64,000 bases of DNA from an uncultured Thiothrix sp. (GTDB lineage: Bacteria; Pseudomonadota; Gammaproteobacteria; Thiotrichales; Thiotrichaceae): NCBI RefSeq assembly GCF_937876535.1, contig NZ_CALFHZ010000014.1, positions 1,343 through 65,342 on the forward strand, read 5' to 3'. Below, piece after piece: positions 47,829 through 57,583 of the stretch (its first letter is position 1; each line of letters opens with the position of its first letter). The position numbers and the translations under genes were made by a program. The notes beneath the pieces are model-generated. The model searched no databases. It was given only the letters and a program-made list of their open reading frames with translations, and was not told where the DNA came from.

Positions 47829-50270
47829 ATGCTCAAACAACAATTGGTGTTAATCGGCAATGGGATGGCAGGCGTGCGTACCCTTGAGGAGTTACTCAAA
47901 CTCGCGCCCGAGCATTACCAGATCACGGTTTTCGGCGAGGAACCCTACGGCAATTACAATCGCATTATGCTCTCGCCCGTACTCGCCAGCGAAAAGACCA
48001 TTGAGCAGATTATGCTGAATGATGATGACTGGTACGCTGCGAATCACATCACCCTGCACAAAGGCAAACGTGTCGAGCAAATCAATCGGGCACGCCGCCA
48101 AGTGATTGCCACCGACGGCACGATTGCCCACTACGACCGCCTGATTATTGCCACGGGTTCTAACCCCTTCATGCTGCCCGTTCCTGGTGCAAATAAGCGC
48201 GGCGTGCTCGGTTTTAGGGATATTCACCATGTGCACCAAATGCTGCAAGCCTCCAGTCAGTATAAAAAAGCGATTGTGATTGGCGGCGGTTTATTGGGTT
48301 TAGAAGCCGCGAATGGTTTATTAAAACAAGGCATGGACGTGAGCGTGGTGCATATCAATGACACCTTGATGGAGCGCCAACTCGACAAACCCGCTGCCAA
48401 GTTGTTGCAACAATCCCTCGAAGCCCGCGGCATGAAATTCCTCCTGCAAGCCAATACCGCTGAAATTCTAGGTGATGAACGGGTCACAGGTGTGCGTTTT
48501 AAAGATGGTTTAGAAGTCGAAGCGGATTTAGTAGTAATGGCGGTGGGGATTAAACCGAATATTGCTTTGGCACAATCGACGGGTTTACATTGCGAGCGCG
48601 GCATTGTGGTCAACGACACCATGCAGACCATTACCGACCCGAAAATTTATGCGATTGGCGAGTGCGTGCAGCATCGCGGCATTGCTTATGGTTTAGTTGC
48701 ACCCTTATTTGAGCAGGCCAAAGTGGCTGCCAATCATTTAGCCCAGTTTGGCATTGCACGTTATCAAGGAACCGTCACCTCCACCAAACTCAAAGTCACG
48801 GGGATTGAACTATTCTCGGCGGGCGATTTCATTGGCAATGACAAAACCGAAGAAATCGTATTCAAGGATGCGGGCGTGGGCACTTATAAAAAAATCGTCT
48901 TGCAAGACAATCAAATCAAAGGTGCGGTGTTATACGGCGACACGGTGGATGGTTCGTGGTATTTCCAATTGATGAAAGACGGCACGGATATTTCCGCCTT
49001 TCGCGACACACTTTTATTCGGGCAAGCGCATTTAGGCGACTCAGGCCACAATCCTGAAACACGCGTTGCAACTCTAGCGGATAGCGCCGAAATCTGCGGC
49101 TGCAATGGGGTGTGCAAAGGCGATATCGCCAAGGCCATCACCGAAAAAAAACTGTTTACGCTAGATGAAGTGCGCGCTCATACCAAAGCGTCCGCCTCCT
49201 GTGGTTCGTGCACGGGCTTAGTCGAATCCTTACTCGCGCATACCGTGGGCGGCGAATATTCTGCCACGCCGAAAACCAAACCCTTATGCAAATGCACCGA
49301 TTTCACCCACGACGAAATCCGCCAAGGCATTGTTAAATATGAACTAAAAACCATGCCCGCCGTGCGTAATCACTTCGAGTGGAAAACGCCGGATGGCTGT
49401 GCACCCTGCCGCAATGCCTTGAATTACTACCTGCTTTGCGCCTTCCCCAACGAATACGAGGACGACCCGCAATCACGCTTCATTAATGAACGCGCCCACG
49501 GCAATATTCAAAAAGATGGTACTTACTCAGTCGTGCCGCGTATGTTCGGGGGCTTATGTACCTCGCAACAATTGCGCGATATTGCCGACATTGCTGACAA
49601 ATACCATGTGCCCGAAATAAAAGTCACAGGCGGGCAGCGCATTGACATGTTTGGTATTCCCAAGGAAAGACTCCCCTCGATGTGGAAGGATTTATCCGAG
49701 GCAGGGTTTGTATCAGGGCATGCTTATGGCAAAGCCTTACGTACCGTCAAAACCTGTGTCGGCAGCAAATGGTGTCGGTTTGGCACGCAAGATTCCACCG
49801 GATTAGGCGTGCAACTCGAGGAACTAACATGGGGTTCGTGGATGCCGCATAAATTCAAAATCGCCGTGTCCGGTTGCCCGCGCAATTGTGCCGAAGCCAC
49901 GATTAAAGATTTTGGCGTGGTGTGTGTCGATTCCGGTTATGAGCTGCATGTGGGCGGCAATGGCGGGATTAAAGTGCGTGTTACTGACCTTTTGTGCAAA
50001 GTCGAAACCGAGGAGCAAGTCAAAGAATACTGCGGCGCGTTTACCCAGTTTTATCGTGAGGATGCGCATTATTTGGAGCGTACTGCCCCTTGGATTGAGC
50101 GCGTCGGTTTAGAAAAAATCAAACAAGCGATTGTGGAAAATGCGCCCAATCGTCAAGCCCTATACGATCGCTTTTTAGTCTCGCAAGTGCCTGCTCAAGT
50201 CGATCCGTGGAAACAGATTGCCGATGGTGCACACGCTGACGAATTTGCCCCGATTGCCATTGAAGCTTAA
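47829..50270 (+). CDS. nirB: NAD(P)H-dependent assimilatory nitrite reductase, large subunit
   Basis: 813 aa with an FAD/NAD fold (IGNGMAG), a BFD-like 2Fe-2S segment (CGCNGVCKG...CGSCTG) and siroheme/4Fe-4S motifs (TCVGSKWCRFG, SGCPRNCAE). Confidence 0.95.
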   Translation: MLKQQLVLIGNGMAGVRTLEELLKLAPEHYQITVFGEEPYGNYNRIMLSPVLASEKTIEQIMLNDDDWYAANHITLHKGKRVEQINRARRQVIATDGTIAHYDRLIIATGSNPFMLPVPGANKRGVLGFRDIHHVHQMLQASSQYKKAIVIGGGLLGLEAANGLLKQGMDVSVVHINDTLMERQLDKPAAKLLQQSLEARGMKFLLQANTAEILGDERVTGVRFKDGLEVEADLVVMAVGIKPNIALAQSTGLHCERGIVVNDTMQTITDPKIYAIGECVQHRGIAYGLVAPLFEQAKVAANHLAQFGIARYQGTVTSTKLKVTGIELFSAGDFIGNDKTEEIVFKDAGVGTYKKIVLQDNQIKGAVLYGDTVDGSWYFQLMKDGTDISAFRDTLLFGQAHLGDSGHNPETRVATLADSAEICGCNGVCKGDIAKAITEKKLFTLDEVRAHTKASASCGSCTGLVESLLAHTVGGEYSATPKTKPLCKCTDFTHDEIRQGIVKYELKTMPAVRNHFEWKTPDGCAPCRNALNYYLLCAFPNEYEDDPQSRFINERAHGNIQKDGTYSVVPRMFGGLCTSQQLRDIADIADKYHVPEIKVTGGQRIDMFGIPKERLPSMWKDLSEAGFVSGHAYGKALRTVKTCVGSKWCRFGTQDSTGLGVQLEELTWGSWMPHKFKIAVSGCPRNCAEATIKDFGVVCVDSGYELHVGGNGGIKVRVTDLLCKVETEEQVKEYCGAFTQFYREDAHYLERTAPWIERVGLEKIKQAIVENAPNRQALYDRFLVSQVPAQVDPWKQIADGAHADEFAPIAIEA

Positions 50271-50284
50271 TGAGGAAAATAACC

Positions 50285-50620
50285 ATGACTAAATGGACAG
50301 AAGTAGTAGAGCTGGAAAAAATTCCGGTATTGGGTTCGCGCTTAATCAAAACTCGCACCCAAATTATTGCGGTATTTCGCGGCAGTGACGATCAGGTGTA
50401 TGCGATTAATGACGCTTGCCCGCATAAAAAGGGCCCACTCTCGCAAGGCATTATGCACGGCTCGACCATTACTTGCCCCTTGCATAATTGGAAAATTGAC
50501 CTCAAAACGGGTAGCGCTTTAGCTCCCGATGTGGGTTGCAGCAATGTGTTTCCAGTCAAAGTCGAAGGCAGCAAAGTCTATCTGCAATTACAACCCGAAC
50601 TTGCCGAGGTCAGCGCCTAA
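50285..50620 (+). CDS. nirD: Nitrite reductase small subunit (Rieske-like)
   Basis: Contains CPHKKGPLSQG and CPLHNW. I prefer the start at 50285 (GAGGA RBS); an ATG at 50270 is also possible. Confidence 0.9.
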   Translation: MTKWTEVVELEKIPVLGSRLIKTRTQIIAVFRGSDDQVYAINDACPHKKGPLSQGIMHGSTITCPLHNWKIDLKTGSALAPDVGCSNVFPVKVEGSKVYLQLQPELAEVSA

Positions 50621-53301
50621 TGAGAAGCACCCGTACTACCTGCCCTTATTGCGGCGTTGGCTGCGGGGTGATAATTGAGCAACACGCGGGCGTGATTAGC
50701 GTCAAAGGCGACCCCGAGCATCCCGCTAATTTCGGTAAACTCTGCTCCAAAGGCACTGCACTTGCCGATACCTTGGTGCATCCTGATCGCTTGCTCTACC
50801 CCGAAATCAACGGGCAGCGCGTGAGTTGGGACATGGCTACCCAAACCGTTGCAGACCAATTCCAAGCGATTATTCGCGAACATGGTGCGGATGCGGTGGC
50901 ATTTTATGTGTCGGGGCAATTGCTCACGGAAGATTATTACGTCGCCAATAAACTCATGAAAGGCTTTATCGGCTCGGCAAATATCGACACCAATTCGCGC
51001 CTGTGTATGTCTTCAGCGGTGGCGGCACACAAACGCGCTTTTGGTGAAGATTTAGTGCCGTGCAATTATGAAGATTTGGATGCGGCGGAGTTAATTGTGC
51101 TAGTGGGTAGCAATACCGCATGGTGTCATCCGGTGTTATATCAGCGCATCGTCAAAGCCAAGCAAACTAATCTTAAACTCAAAGTCGTCACCATCGATCC
51201 GCGGCGCACCCAAACCGCTGATATTGCCGATCTGCATTTAGGCTTAGCACCAGGGAGCGACGCGGTATTATTTAATGGCTTATTCGTGCATTTGGTGCAG
51301 CAGGGCTGTGTCGATGAAAGTTTCGTTGCTCAAGCGACTGAAGGTTTAGAGTCTGCACTAGCCGCTGCGATTACCAGCTCACCCAATCCCCATGCGATTG
51401 CCGAACAATGTCGTTTAAGTGAGCTGGAGGTCGAGCAGTTTTTTGAGTGGTACGCGCAAACTGAAAAAGTCGTTACGGTATTTTCCCAAGGCATTAATCA
51501 ATCCTCGAGCGGGGTGGATAAAGGCAATGCCATTATTAATTGCCACTTGATTACGGGGCGGATGGGGCGCGCAGGTATGGGGCCGTTTTCCTTTACTGGA
51601 CAACCGAATGCAATGGGTGGGCGCGAAGTCGGCGGGCTAGCTAATCAACTGGCTGCACATATGGAGATTGAAAAGCCATTGCATCGCGAACGGGTACAAC
51701 GCTTCTGGCAATCGCCCAAAATCCCCTCAAAGGCAGGCTTAAAAGCGGTAGATTTATTTCAAGCAATTGAAGCGGGCAAAGTTAAAGCCGTATGGATTAT
51801 GGCGACTAATCCGGTAGTGAGTTTGCCCGACACCGAGCAAGTTAAGCGTGCTCTGGCTCAATGTGAGTTGGTGGTAGTATCCGATTGTGTACGTCACACC
51901 GATACAACAGCGTTTGCGCATGTGCTTTTGCCAGCTCTCACTTGGGGCGAACGTAATGGTACAGTCACGAATAGCGAGCGCCGCATTTCACGCCAACATC
52001 CGTTTTTACCTGCGCCCGCTGAAGCTAAACAAGATTGGCAAATACTCTGTGGCGTGGCGCAAAAGATGGGTTTTGCAAATAGCTTTAACCACCAACACCC
52101 CCACGAGATTTTCCGTGAGCACGCTGCGTTATCAGCGTTTGAAAATGACGGCGAGCGTTGCTTTGATTTAAGTGCGTGGGAAAATCTGAGTTTGCAAGAC
52201 TACGATCAGTTGCAACCTACCCAATGGCCTGTTACCAACGATCAGCCACAGGGCACGCCGTGTTTGTTTGCCGATCAGCAATTTTTCACGAAATCCGGTA
52301 AAGCCCAATTTTTAGCAATTACCCCACGCCCACCACAAAGTGAACGCATTAAAGACTATCCCTTTGTCTTCAATACCGGACGGGTGCGCGATCATTGGCA
52401 CACTTTGACACGCACCGGAATGAGCGCGCGTTTATCCGCCCATATGAGCGAGCCTTATGTAGAAATTCACCCTTGCGATGCACGTGATCAGGGTTTGACT
52501 GAGGGAGGCTTAGCGTGTGTTACTAATCAATTCGGCGAACTGATTTTACGTGTTAAAACCAGTAAGGGTCAGCAACGTGGTAGCCTATTTGTGCCGATGC
52601 ATTGGAATGAGCGATTTGCTAATAAGGCGAATGTAGGCCAATTGATTCCTGCTGCGACTGATCCGATTTCGGGCCAGCCTGAAAGCAAACATGCCTGTGT
52701 GGCGATTCGACCTTACGCCGCGAAATGGCAAGGATTTTTGTTGACGAGGAACCCCACCCAACCTCCCCTTATCAGGGGAGGCTTTCCTATTCCCTCCCTT
52801 GATAAGGGGAGGGTTAGGGTGGGGTTCTGGACTTGCAGCAAAATCGATCAAGCTTGGTGCTATGAATTAGCGTCTATACAACCACTAGAAGCTTGGAGCG
52901 CTTTTGCCCAAAACCTATTAACTAGCACAGGCGAATTTGCCGATTATGCAGATGTCAATCGGCACACTTACCGCGCTGCCAGTTTTGAGCGAGGTCAATT
53001 GCAAAGCTGTTTATTTATTAGCGCGAATAGCCGTCAATTACCCGCGCGCGATTGGCTCATGAGTTTATTTGCCAAATCTAGTTTGACCGCTTTAGAGCGT
53101 GCTGGTGTATTGGCGGGTAAATCTTTGAATGCAGATGAAGATAAAGGCCGAACCGTTTGTGCTTGTTTTAATGTGGGAGAGAAAACCATTCGTAAGGCCA
53201 TTAGTGAGCAGGGGTTGAAAACGGTGGAAGAAATTGGGCAATGTTTGCAAGCAGGAACGAATTGTGGGTCTTGTATACCGGAGTTACGAAGCTTTCTATA
53301 A
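50620..53301 (+). CDS. nasA: Assimilatory nitrate reductase catalytic subunit (Mo-bisMGD) with a C-terminal BFD-like 2Fe-2S domain
   Basis: The start overlaps the nirD stop (TAATG). The N-terminal 4Fe-4S motif is CPYCGVGCG, followed by molybdopterin oxidoreductase domains. The C-terminus has CACFNV...CGSC. Confidence 0.93.
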   Translation: MRSTRTTCPYCGVGCGVIIEQHAGVISVKGDPEHPANFGKLCSKGTALADTLVHPDRLLYPEINGQRVSWDMATQTVADQFQAIIREHGADAVAFYVSGQLLTEDYYVANKLMKGFIGSANIDTNSRLCMSSAVAAHKRAFGEDLVPCNYEDLDAAELIVLVGSNTAWCHPVLYQRIVKAKQTNLKLKVVTIDPRRTQTADIADLHLGLAPGSDAVLFNGLFVHLVQQGCVDESFVAQATEGLESALAAAITSSPNPHAIAEQCRLSELEVEQFFEWYAQTEKVVTVFSQGINQSSSGVDKGNAIINCHLITGRMGRAGMGPFSFTGQPNAMGGREVGGLANQLAAHMEIEKPLHRERVQRFWQSPKIPSKAGLKAVDLFQAIEAGKVKAVWIMATNPVVSLPDTEQVKRALAQCELVVVSDCVRHTDTTAFAHVLLPALTWGERNGTVTNSERRISRQHPFLPAPAEAKQDWQILCGVAQKMGFANSFNHQHPHEIFREHAALSAFENDGERCFDLSAWENLSLQDYDQLQPTQWPVTNDQPQGTPCLFADQQFFTKSGKAQFLAITPRPPQSERIKDYPFVFNTGRVRDHWHTLTRTGMSARLSAHMSEPYVEIHPCDARDQGLTEGGLACVTNQFGELILRVKTSKGQQRGSLFVPMHWNERFANKANVGQLIPAATDPISGQPESKHACVAIRPYAAKWQGFLLTRNPTQPPLIRGGFPIPSLDKGRVRVGFWTCSKIDQAWCYELASIQPLEAWSAFAQNLLTSTGEFADYADVNRHTYRAASFERGQLQSCLFISANSRQLPARDWLMSLFAKSSLTALERAGVLAGKSLNADEDKGRTVCACFNVGEKTIRKAISEQGLKTVEEIGQCLQAGTNCGSCIPELRSFL
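52749..52827. repeat. 79-bp palindromic (MITE/REP-like) element embedded in-frame in nasA
   Basis: The left arm GAACCCCACCCAACCTCCCCTTATCAGGGGAGG and the reverse complement of the right arm (GAACCCCACCCTAACCCTCCCCTTATCAAGGGAGGG) are near-identical. Both strands stay open, giving a mirror-like peptide (PPLIRGG on the sense strand, PPLIKGG on the antisense). Confidence 0.75.
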
Positions 53302-53304
53302 ATA

Positions 53305-53334
53305 AAAAAGGCACTTCATAGAAGTGCTTTTTTT
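53305..53334 (+). terminator. Rho-independent terminator of the nirBD-nasA operon
   Basis: GGCACTTC, loop ATA, GAAGTGCT, flanked by an A-run and seven T, directly after the nasA stop. Confidence 0.85.
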
Positions 53335-53469
53335 AAATTAATAATGGATGGATTAAAACTTATTAATTTTACACCATTCGCGTTGAACGATTTCACTGAA
53401 AGCTACCAATATAGCAAATAACACAACTAAACTAGCCACTAACTCAGCATGGAAAAGCTAGCAGTTTAC

Positions 53470-53699
53470 TGTGACAACCATTGTCTGCCTTCTACCGTAT
53501 ATACTTATGGAATATTGAACTATATGAGCGCCTATTGCCTCAGGATAAGCACCTGATCACCCAACGCATTGATCGCCAGAACTTAAACTGCAGAACTCAT
53601 CTCAAGCGCCTAGCGCGACGCACGATTTGCTTTTCTAAGTCCGTCGAGGTGCATGATAAAGTCATCGGTGAGTCTATTTCCAGACACTTCTTCAACTGA
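53470..53699 (+). mobile_element. IS1-family transposase relic (C-terminal ~75 codons only)
   Basis: YERLLPQDKHLITQRIDRQNLNCRTHLKRLARRTICFSKSVEVHDKVIG is collinear with the E. coli IS1 InsB C-terminus (...[38 protein letters not shown]). No upstream catalytic region is present. Confidence 0.8.
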
Positions 53700-53744
53700 T
53701 TAAATACATGACCAATTTTATTACCAAGTGCCAAGTGCTATGCT

Positions 53745-53885
53745 CAAAGCATTGGGCGAAGAAATTTGACTTTACGCATACGTATTAAACGCCTTATGCG
53801 CCGAACCCCCTACTTTTCTAAAATTATTGTGCTACACGATAAAGTCATTGGCAAGTTTATTAATCAAGCCCACTTTCAAATCTAA
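53745..53885 (+). mobile_element. Second IS1-family transposase relic (C-terminal ~45 codons)
   Basis: The hand translation is SIGRRNLTLRIRIKRLMRRTPYFSKIIVLHDKVIGKFINQAHFQI*. It is not in the ORF track because it lacks a start codon. Confidence 0.75.
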
Positions 53886-53988
53886 TGAGGCATGACTCTT
53901 TATTATATGTATGCCAATATTTTATATCAGATATCATACAGTTGAAAAAACTGTTTCTACAATTTAAAACACAAACCACGCCAATACC

Positions 53989-55161
53989 ATGAAATACTTT
54001 CCACTAATATTGGGGCGTTCGATTTTATTATTTATTGGATTAATAATCGATATTTATATTGCGCACATAACTAGCATTGAAGCCAGAGGTGAGTTTCATC
54101 TAATTCTAACCAGCACAACACTTTTAAGCAGTATATTTTTATTTGGACTACATAACTCAATAGTTGTAAAAGTTGCAAATACTAAAAACCTTTATTATTT
54201 ATTTGCGCATATTATTATTATTACACCACTTATTATTGCAATGCCATTTTTTATTTATCTTATTCCACAAAAATTTCTGGGTGCCAGATACGACATTATT
54301 TCAATAATATGTTTTTTATTAACAATGATAATTCTATTTAGATCTTTTTTTCTAGGAATTAGTAATGATATTTATTATATTTTCCTGATGCTTTCCGATA
54401 AAATATTATTATTATTTTTTTTGGCCTTTTACTCGAGTGAAATTTATCAAGAAGAAATATTTATTGATAAACTTTACTTATACTCTCTAATAATCAGCTT
54501 AACTATGGGGTTCCTATTAATAATCAAGTTAAAAATAAACAATTTAATAATTATAAGGAAAGAAAAGATAAATTTTACTGAGATAACAAGCTTCTCTGCA
54601 AAAAACTTCTTTGGCGATCTTTTTTTTCAGCTAAACTATAGAGTTGGAGTTTACTTTATAGCTTATTCAGAAGGAAATGAATCAATATCGCTATACATGG
54701 CAGTTTTCTTGATTTCTCAACTACCTCAACAAATTCCTCTTTTTTTAAGTACCTTGCTATTCAGAGATTCAGCTCAAGATTTTAACTCATCACGAACAAT
54801 AAAAATTGCCAGCTATTCATTTTTGATTGCACTTATATTATCTGCCATACTGTATGTTTTTATAGATAAAATAACGTTGTTATTTTATGGCAATCAATAC
54901 GCACATTCAACAAAGTATATTTCTTACTTTTTATTATCCAGTATACTACTATCTCCAACCTTAGTCATAGCAAACTCCCTCCTTGGCAAGAAATGCTCTT
55001 TTGAATATATGTTAATCTTTGGATTGGGTTTTTTTGTGACTATTGTTTCAATATCTTTAAGTAAACTCACATCCTCAATAGAAATCGCAGCCTCTGCATT
55101 AGCAGTTAGTGCATTTTCCTCATTAACTTTTTCCATACTATTTTTGCGAAAGAATGCTTAA
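53989..55161 (+). CDS. wzx: Polysaccharide flippase-like multipass membrane protein (Wzx/MOP-type)
   Basis: 390 aa, very hydrophobic and AT-rich, and the first gene of the glycan cluster. The assignment rests on topology and context only. Confidence 0.5.
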   Translation: MKYFPLILGRSILLFIGLIIDIYIAHITSIEARGEFHLILTSTTLLSSIFLFGLHNSIVVKVANTKNLYYLFAHIIIITPLIIAMPFFIYLIPQKFLGARYDIISIICFLLTMIILFRSFFLGISNDIYYIFLMLSDKILLLFFLAFYSSEIYQEEIFIDKLYLYSLIISLTMGFLLIIKLKINNLIIIRKEKINFTEITSFSAKNFFGDLFFQLNYRVGVYFIAYSEGNESISLYMAVFLISQLPQQIPLFLSTLLFRDSAQDFNSSRTIKIASYSFLIALILSAILYVFIDKITLLFYGNQYAHSTKYISYFLLSSILLSPTLVIANSLLGKKCSFEYMLIFGLGFFVTIVSISLSKLTSSIEIAASALAVSAFSSLTFSILFLRKNA

Positions 55162-56416
55162 ATCTATCCATAATAATTTTTTTATTCATTTATTTTTCTA
55201 TATAAACATAATATATAGCTTTTTATGGTTCACACTTGACCGAATCGCAGGCTTGCCAATAACTTATATTCCATATATATTATTACTATTAGTATCTATT
55301 TTTTTTTCTATTACTTTTAAAAAAAAAAGAATCACATATATTAAAAAGTCTGATTTAATGATTATCTTTCTTTTTTTATATCTAACGTTTCAACCTTTAT
55401 TAATTTTAGCAAGTGGTAATTTCTTCTACTTAAATGAATTTTTTAAAGATTATATATTGATAACATACTATATTATGGGGTACTTTTGTATAGTGCATAT
55501 ATTATCATCAATACATCAAAAAAAAGAAATTATCGAAAAAATCATCTATTTCACAATGTTAATATGTATTATTGGAACTCTCCGATTTTTCATAATTGAT
55601 AATTACCTCCTAGAGTCTCCACCATCTTACTTTTTTAATATTATACCTGTAATGGAATATCGTTTTATTGAGGTGTTAATTTTTTTATTCGGATTTTCCT
55701 TTTCAATTAATTCATACTTCTCAAAAAAAGATAGAAAAAGTTTAGCTCAAGCGATGTTCTTTTTAATTTTGATGCTTTACTGTGGTAGCAGAACAGGTTT
55801 ACTCGCCATAGTAGTAGCTCTATCTTTCAATATTTTTAAAGAAAAACAAATGAATTTAACTCTATTTATAACAGTTTTTTTTGCGTCTATCTTATTAATA
55901 GATAGCATTACATCACAAGTAATAGTCAATAGATTAGAAAGGCTAAGCGAAATATCCTTATTTACTCAATTAAATCTTGATCTAGCCATCGAAGAAGATA
56001 GAGATGTTAGAAGAATACTTTACATTAAGGGTGGAATCGAAATGTTTTTGAATGATTTTTGGTTTGGCACTGGATTAGGTTCTTTTCAAGAAGCATTTCC
56101 TACATACTTAATGGCACAAGTAGGAGTTGAAGAAGTGGCGAGGCCACATAATATGTATGTCAGCATAGCAGCAACATCAGGTGTTTTTGGAGTATTTTTC
56201 TTATTCGGATGGATACTTGTTTTAATAAAAGGCAGCTTTAATAAAAATTCTTTAATCGATAAATCACTAGTAACCTTTGGCATTTCCATACTTGTGCTAT
56301 CGTCTGGATATGATTTAGAAACCAGTCCAATATTTTGGATATTCATGGCTATCTTAGTGGGTTTATCTAGAAACAGATCATTAATTAACAATTTCGTATA
56401 TTTGAAAAAAAATTAA
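55154..56416 (+). CDS. wzy: O-antigen polymerase/ligase-family membrane protein (Wzy_C-like)
   Basis: Multipass membrane protein with a large loop containing GSRTG and RPHNMYV, typical of the O-antigen ligase/polymerase family. Confidence 0.6.
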   Translation: MLKSIHNNFFIHLFFYINIIYSFLWFTLDRIAGLPITYIPYILLLLVSIFFSITFKKKRITYIKKSDLMIIFLFLYLTFQPLLILASGNFFYLNEFFKDYILITYYIMGYFCIVHILSSIHQKKEIIEKIIYFTMLICIIGTLRFFIIDNYLLESPPSYFFNIIPVMEYRFIEVLIFLFGFSFSINSYFSKKDRKSLAQAMFFLILMLYCGSRTGLLAIVVALSFNIFKEKQMNLTLFITVFFASILLIDSITSQVIVNRLERLSEISLFTQLNLDLAIEEDRDVRRILYIKGGIEMFLNDFWFGTGLGSFQEAFPTYLMAQVGVEEVARPHNMYVSIAATSGVFGVFFLFGWILVLIKGSFNKNSLIDKSLVTFGISILVLSSGYDLETSPIFWIFMAILVGLSRNRSLINNFVYLKKN

Positions 56417-56437
56417 TTAATTATTAATGGGAATTAT

Positions 56438-57583
56438 ATGTTTTATTTATTAACAACAAGTATCATATTAATATTATCAACTTGGTTATTTTATCCAATT
56501 TCTCTTAGTATTTTGTACTTATTAACACGTACTAAACGGCAGACTAAAAAAGAAATAAGTAATAAAATAAATAAGTGCGCAACCATAATAATAGCCTCCC
56601 ACAACGAATCAAACAGAATAGAAAATCGAATAAGGAATATATATGCTTCAAGCTTGGAAAACAAGATTGAAGTAATAGTCGCATCTGATGGATCATCAGA
56701 TAACACTGTTGATATCGTAAAAGCATTATCAAAGGAGTTTACCTCATTACTATTAGTTGAATCGAAAAAACAAATAGGAAGGGCGAGAATTCATAATAAG
56801 GCAAAAAATATTGCTAAGTATGACATATTGATTTTTACAGATGCAGATACAACATTTGATGAACATTCAATCAAGAATATCACAGCTGCTTTTCTTGATG
56901 AAAATATTGGTTTTGCATCAGGAAAGATATTTTATACTAACCAATTAGATGGTATTACCAACTCCTCTGGTTTGTACTGGGAATTCGAACTTTTTTTGAG
57001 AGGAATGGAGTCTTCGCTTGGAATCCTTGCATCAGGCTCTGGACCATTTTGTGCTGTGAGAAAACATCTTTATAAAGATATACCATCTACCGGCGATGTA
57101 GATTTTACTACACCTATAGATGTAGTTATGCAAGGATATAAATGCGTTTATGTTTCTGACGCCATTGCTTTTGATTTACTACCAGATACTCCTAAGCGGG
57201 AATTTAAATCAAGAGTAAGAATGACTTCAAAAAACTTTCATGGCATCTTATCTCGAATTGGGCTAGAGGGCGTTTTTAAGCATCCAATATATGCTCTGAG
57301 TTTATTTTTTCATAAAATTCTCAGATGGTTAACCCCATTTTTTTTAGTATCACTATTAATAAGTAATCTTGCATTAATATCAAACGGTGAGCTATTTTTA
57401 ACATTGTTGATCATTCAACTTACTTTATATTTTTCTGCCATAGCAGGCTTTTTCTATCCCTCTCTTCCAGTGATCGGTAAGGTATACGCTTTTCTATTAG
57501 CTAATGCAGCATTTGCCATTGGAGTAGTTAATGCCTTAACTGGAAAAATTCCTTCTCTATATAATCCTATCAATAAAACATAA
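56438..57583 (+). CDS. Family 2 glycosyltransferase with N- and C-terminal TM segments
   Basis: The GT-A fold motifs are IIIASHNE, ASDGSSDNT and the DxD as FTDAD. The C-terminal region is hydrophobic. Confidence 0.8.
   Translation: MFYLLTTSIILILSTWLFYPISLSILYLLTRTKRQTKKEISNKINKCATIIIASHNESNRIENRIRNIYASSLENKIEVIVASDGSSDNTVDIVKALSKEFTSLLLVESKKQIGRARIHNKAKNIAKYDILIFTDADTTFDEHSIKNITAAFLDENIGFASGKIFYTNQLDGITNSSGLYWEFELFLRGMESSLGILASGSGPFCAVRKHLYKDIPSTGDVDFTTPIDVVMQGYKCVYVSDAIAFDLLPDTPKREFKSRVRMTSKNFHGILSRIGLEGVFKHPIYALSLFFHKILRWLTPFFLVSLLISNLALISNGELFLTLLIIQLTLYFSAIAGFFYPSLPVIGKVYAFLLANAAFAIGVVNALTGKIPSLYNPINKT

Noticed and set aside
50536-50619. 28-codon N-terminal extension of nasA overlapping nirD.
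   Set aside because: The canonical start MRSTRTTCPYCGVGCG coincides with a TAATG stop-start overlap at 50620. The extension has no homology-like content.
53481-53699. 72-aa ORF treated as an intact small gene.
   Set aside because: It is only the C-terminal tail of an IS1-type transposase with a fortuitous start. It is annotated as a relic instead.
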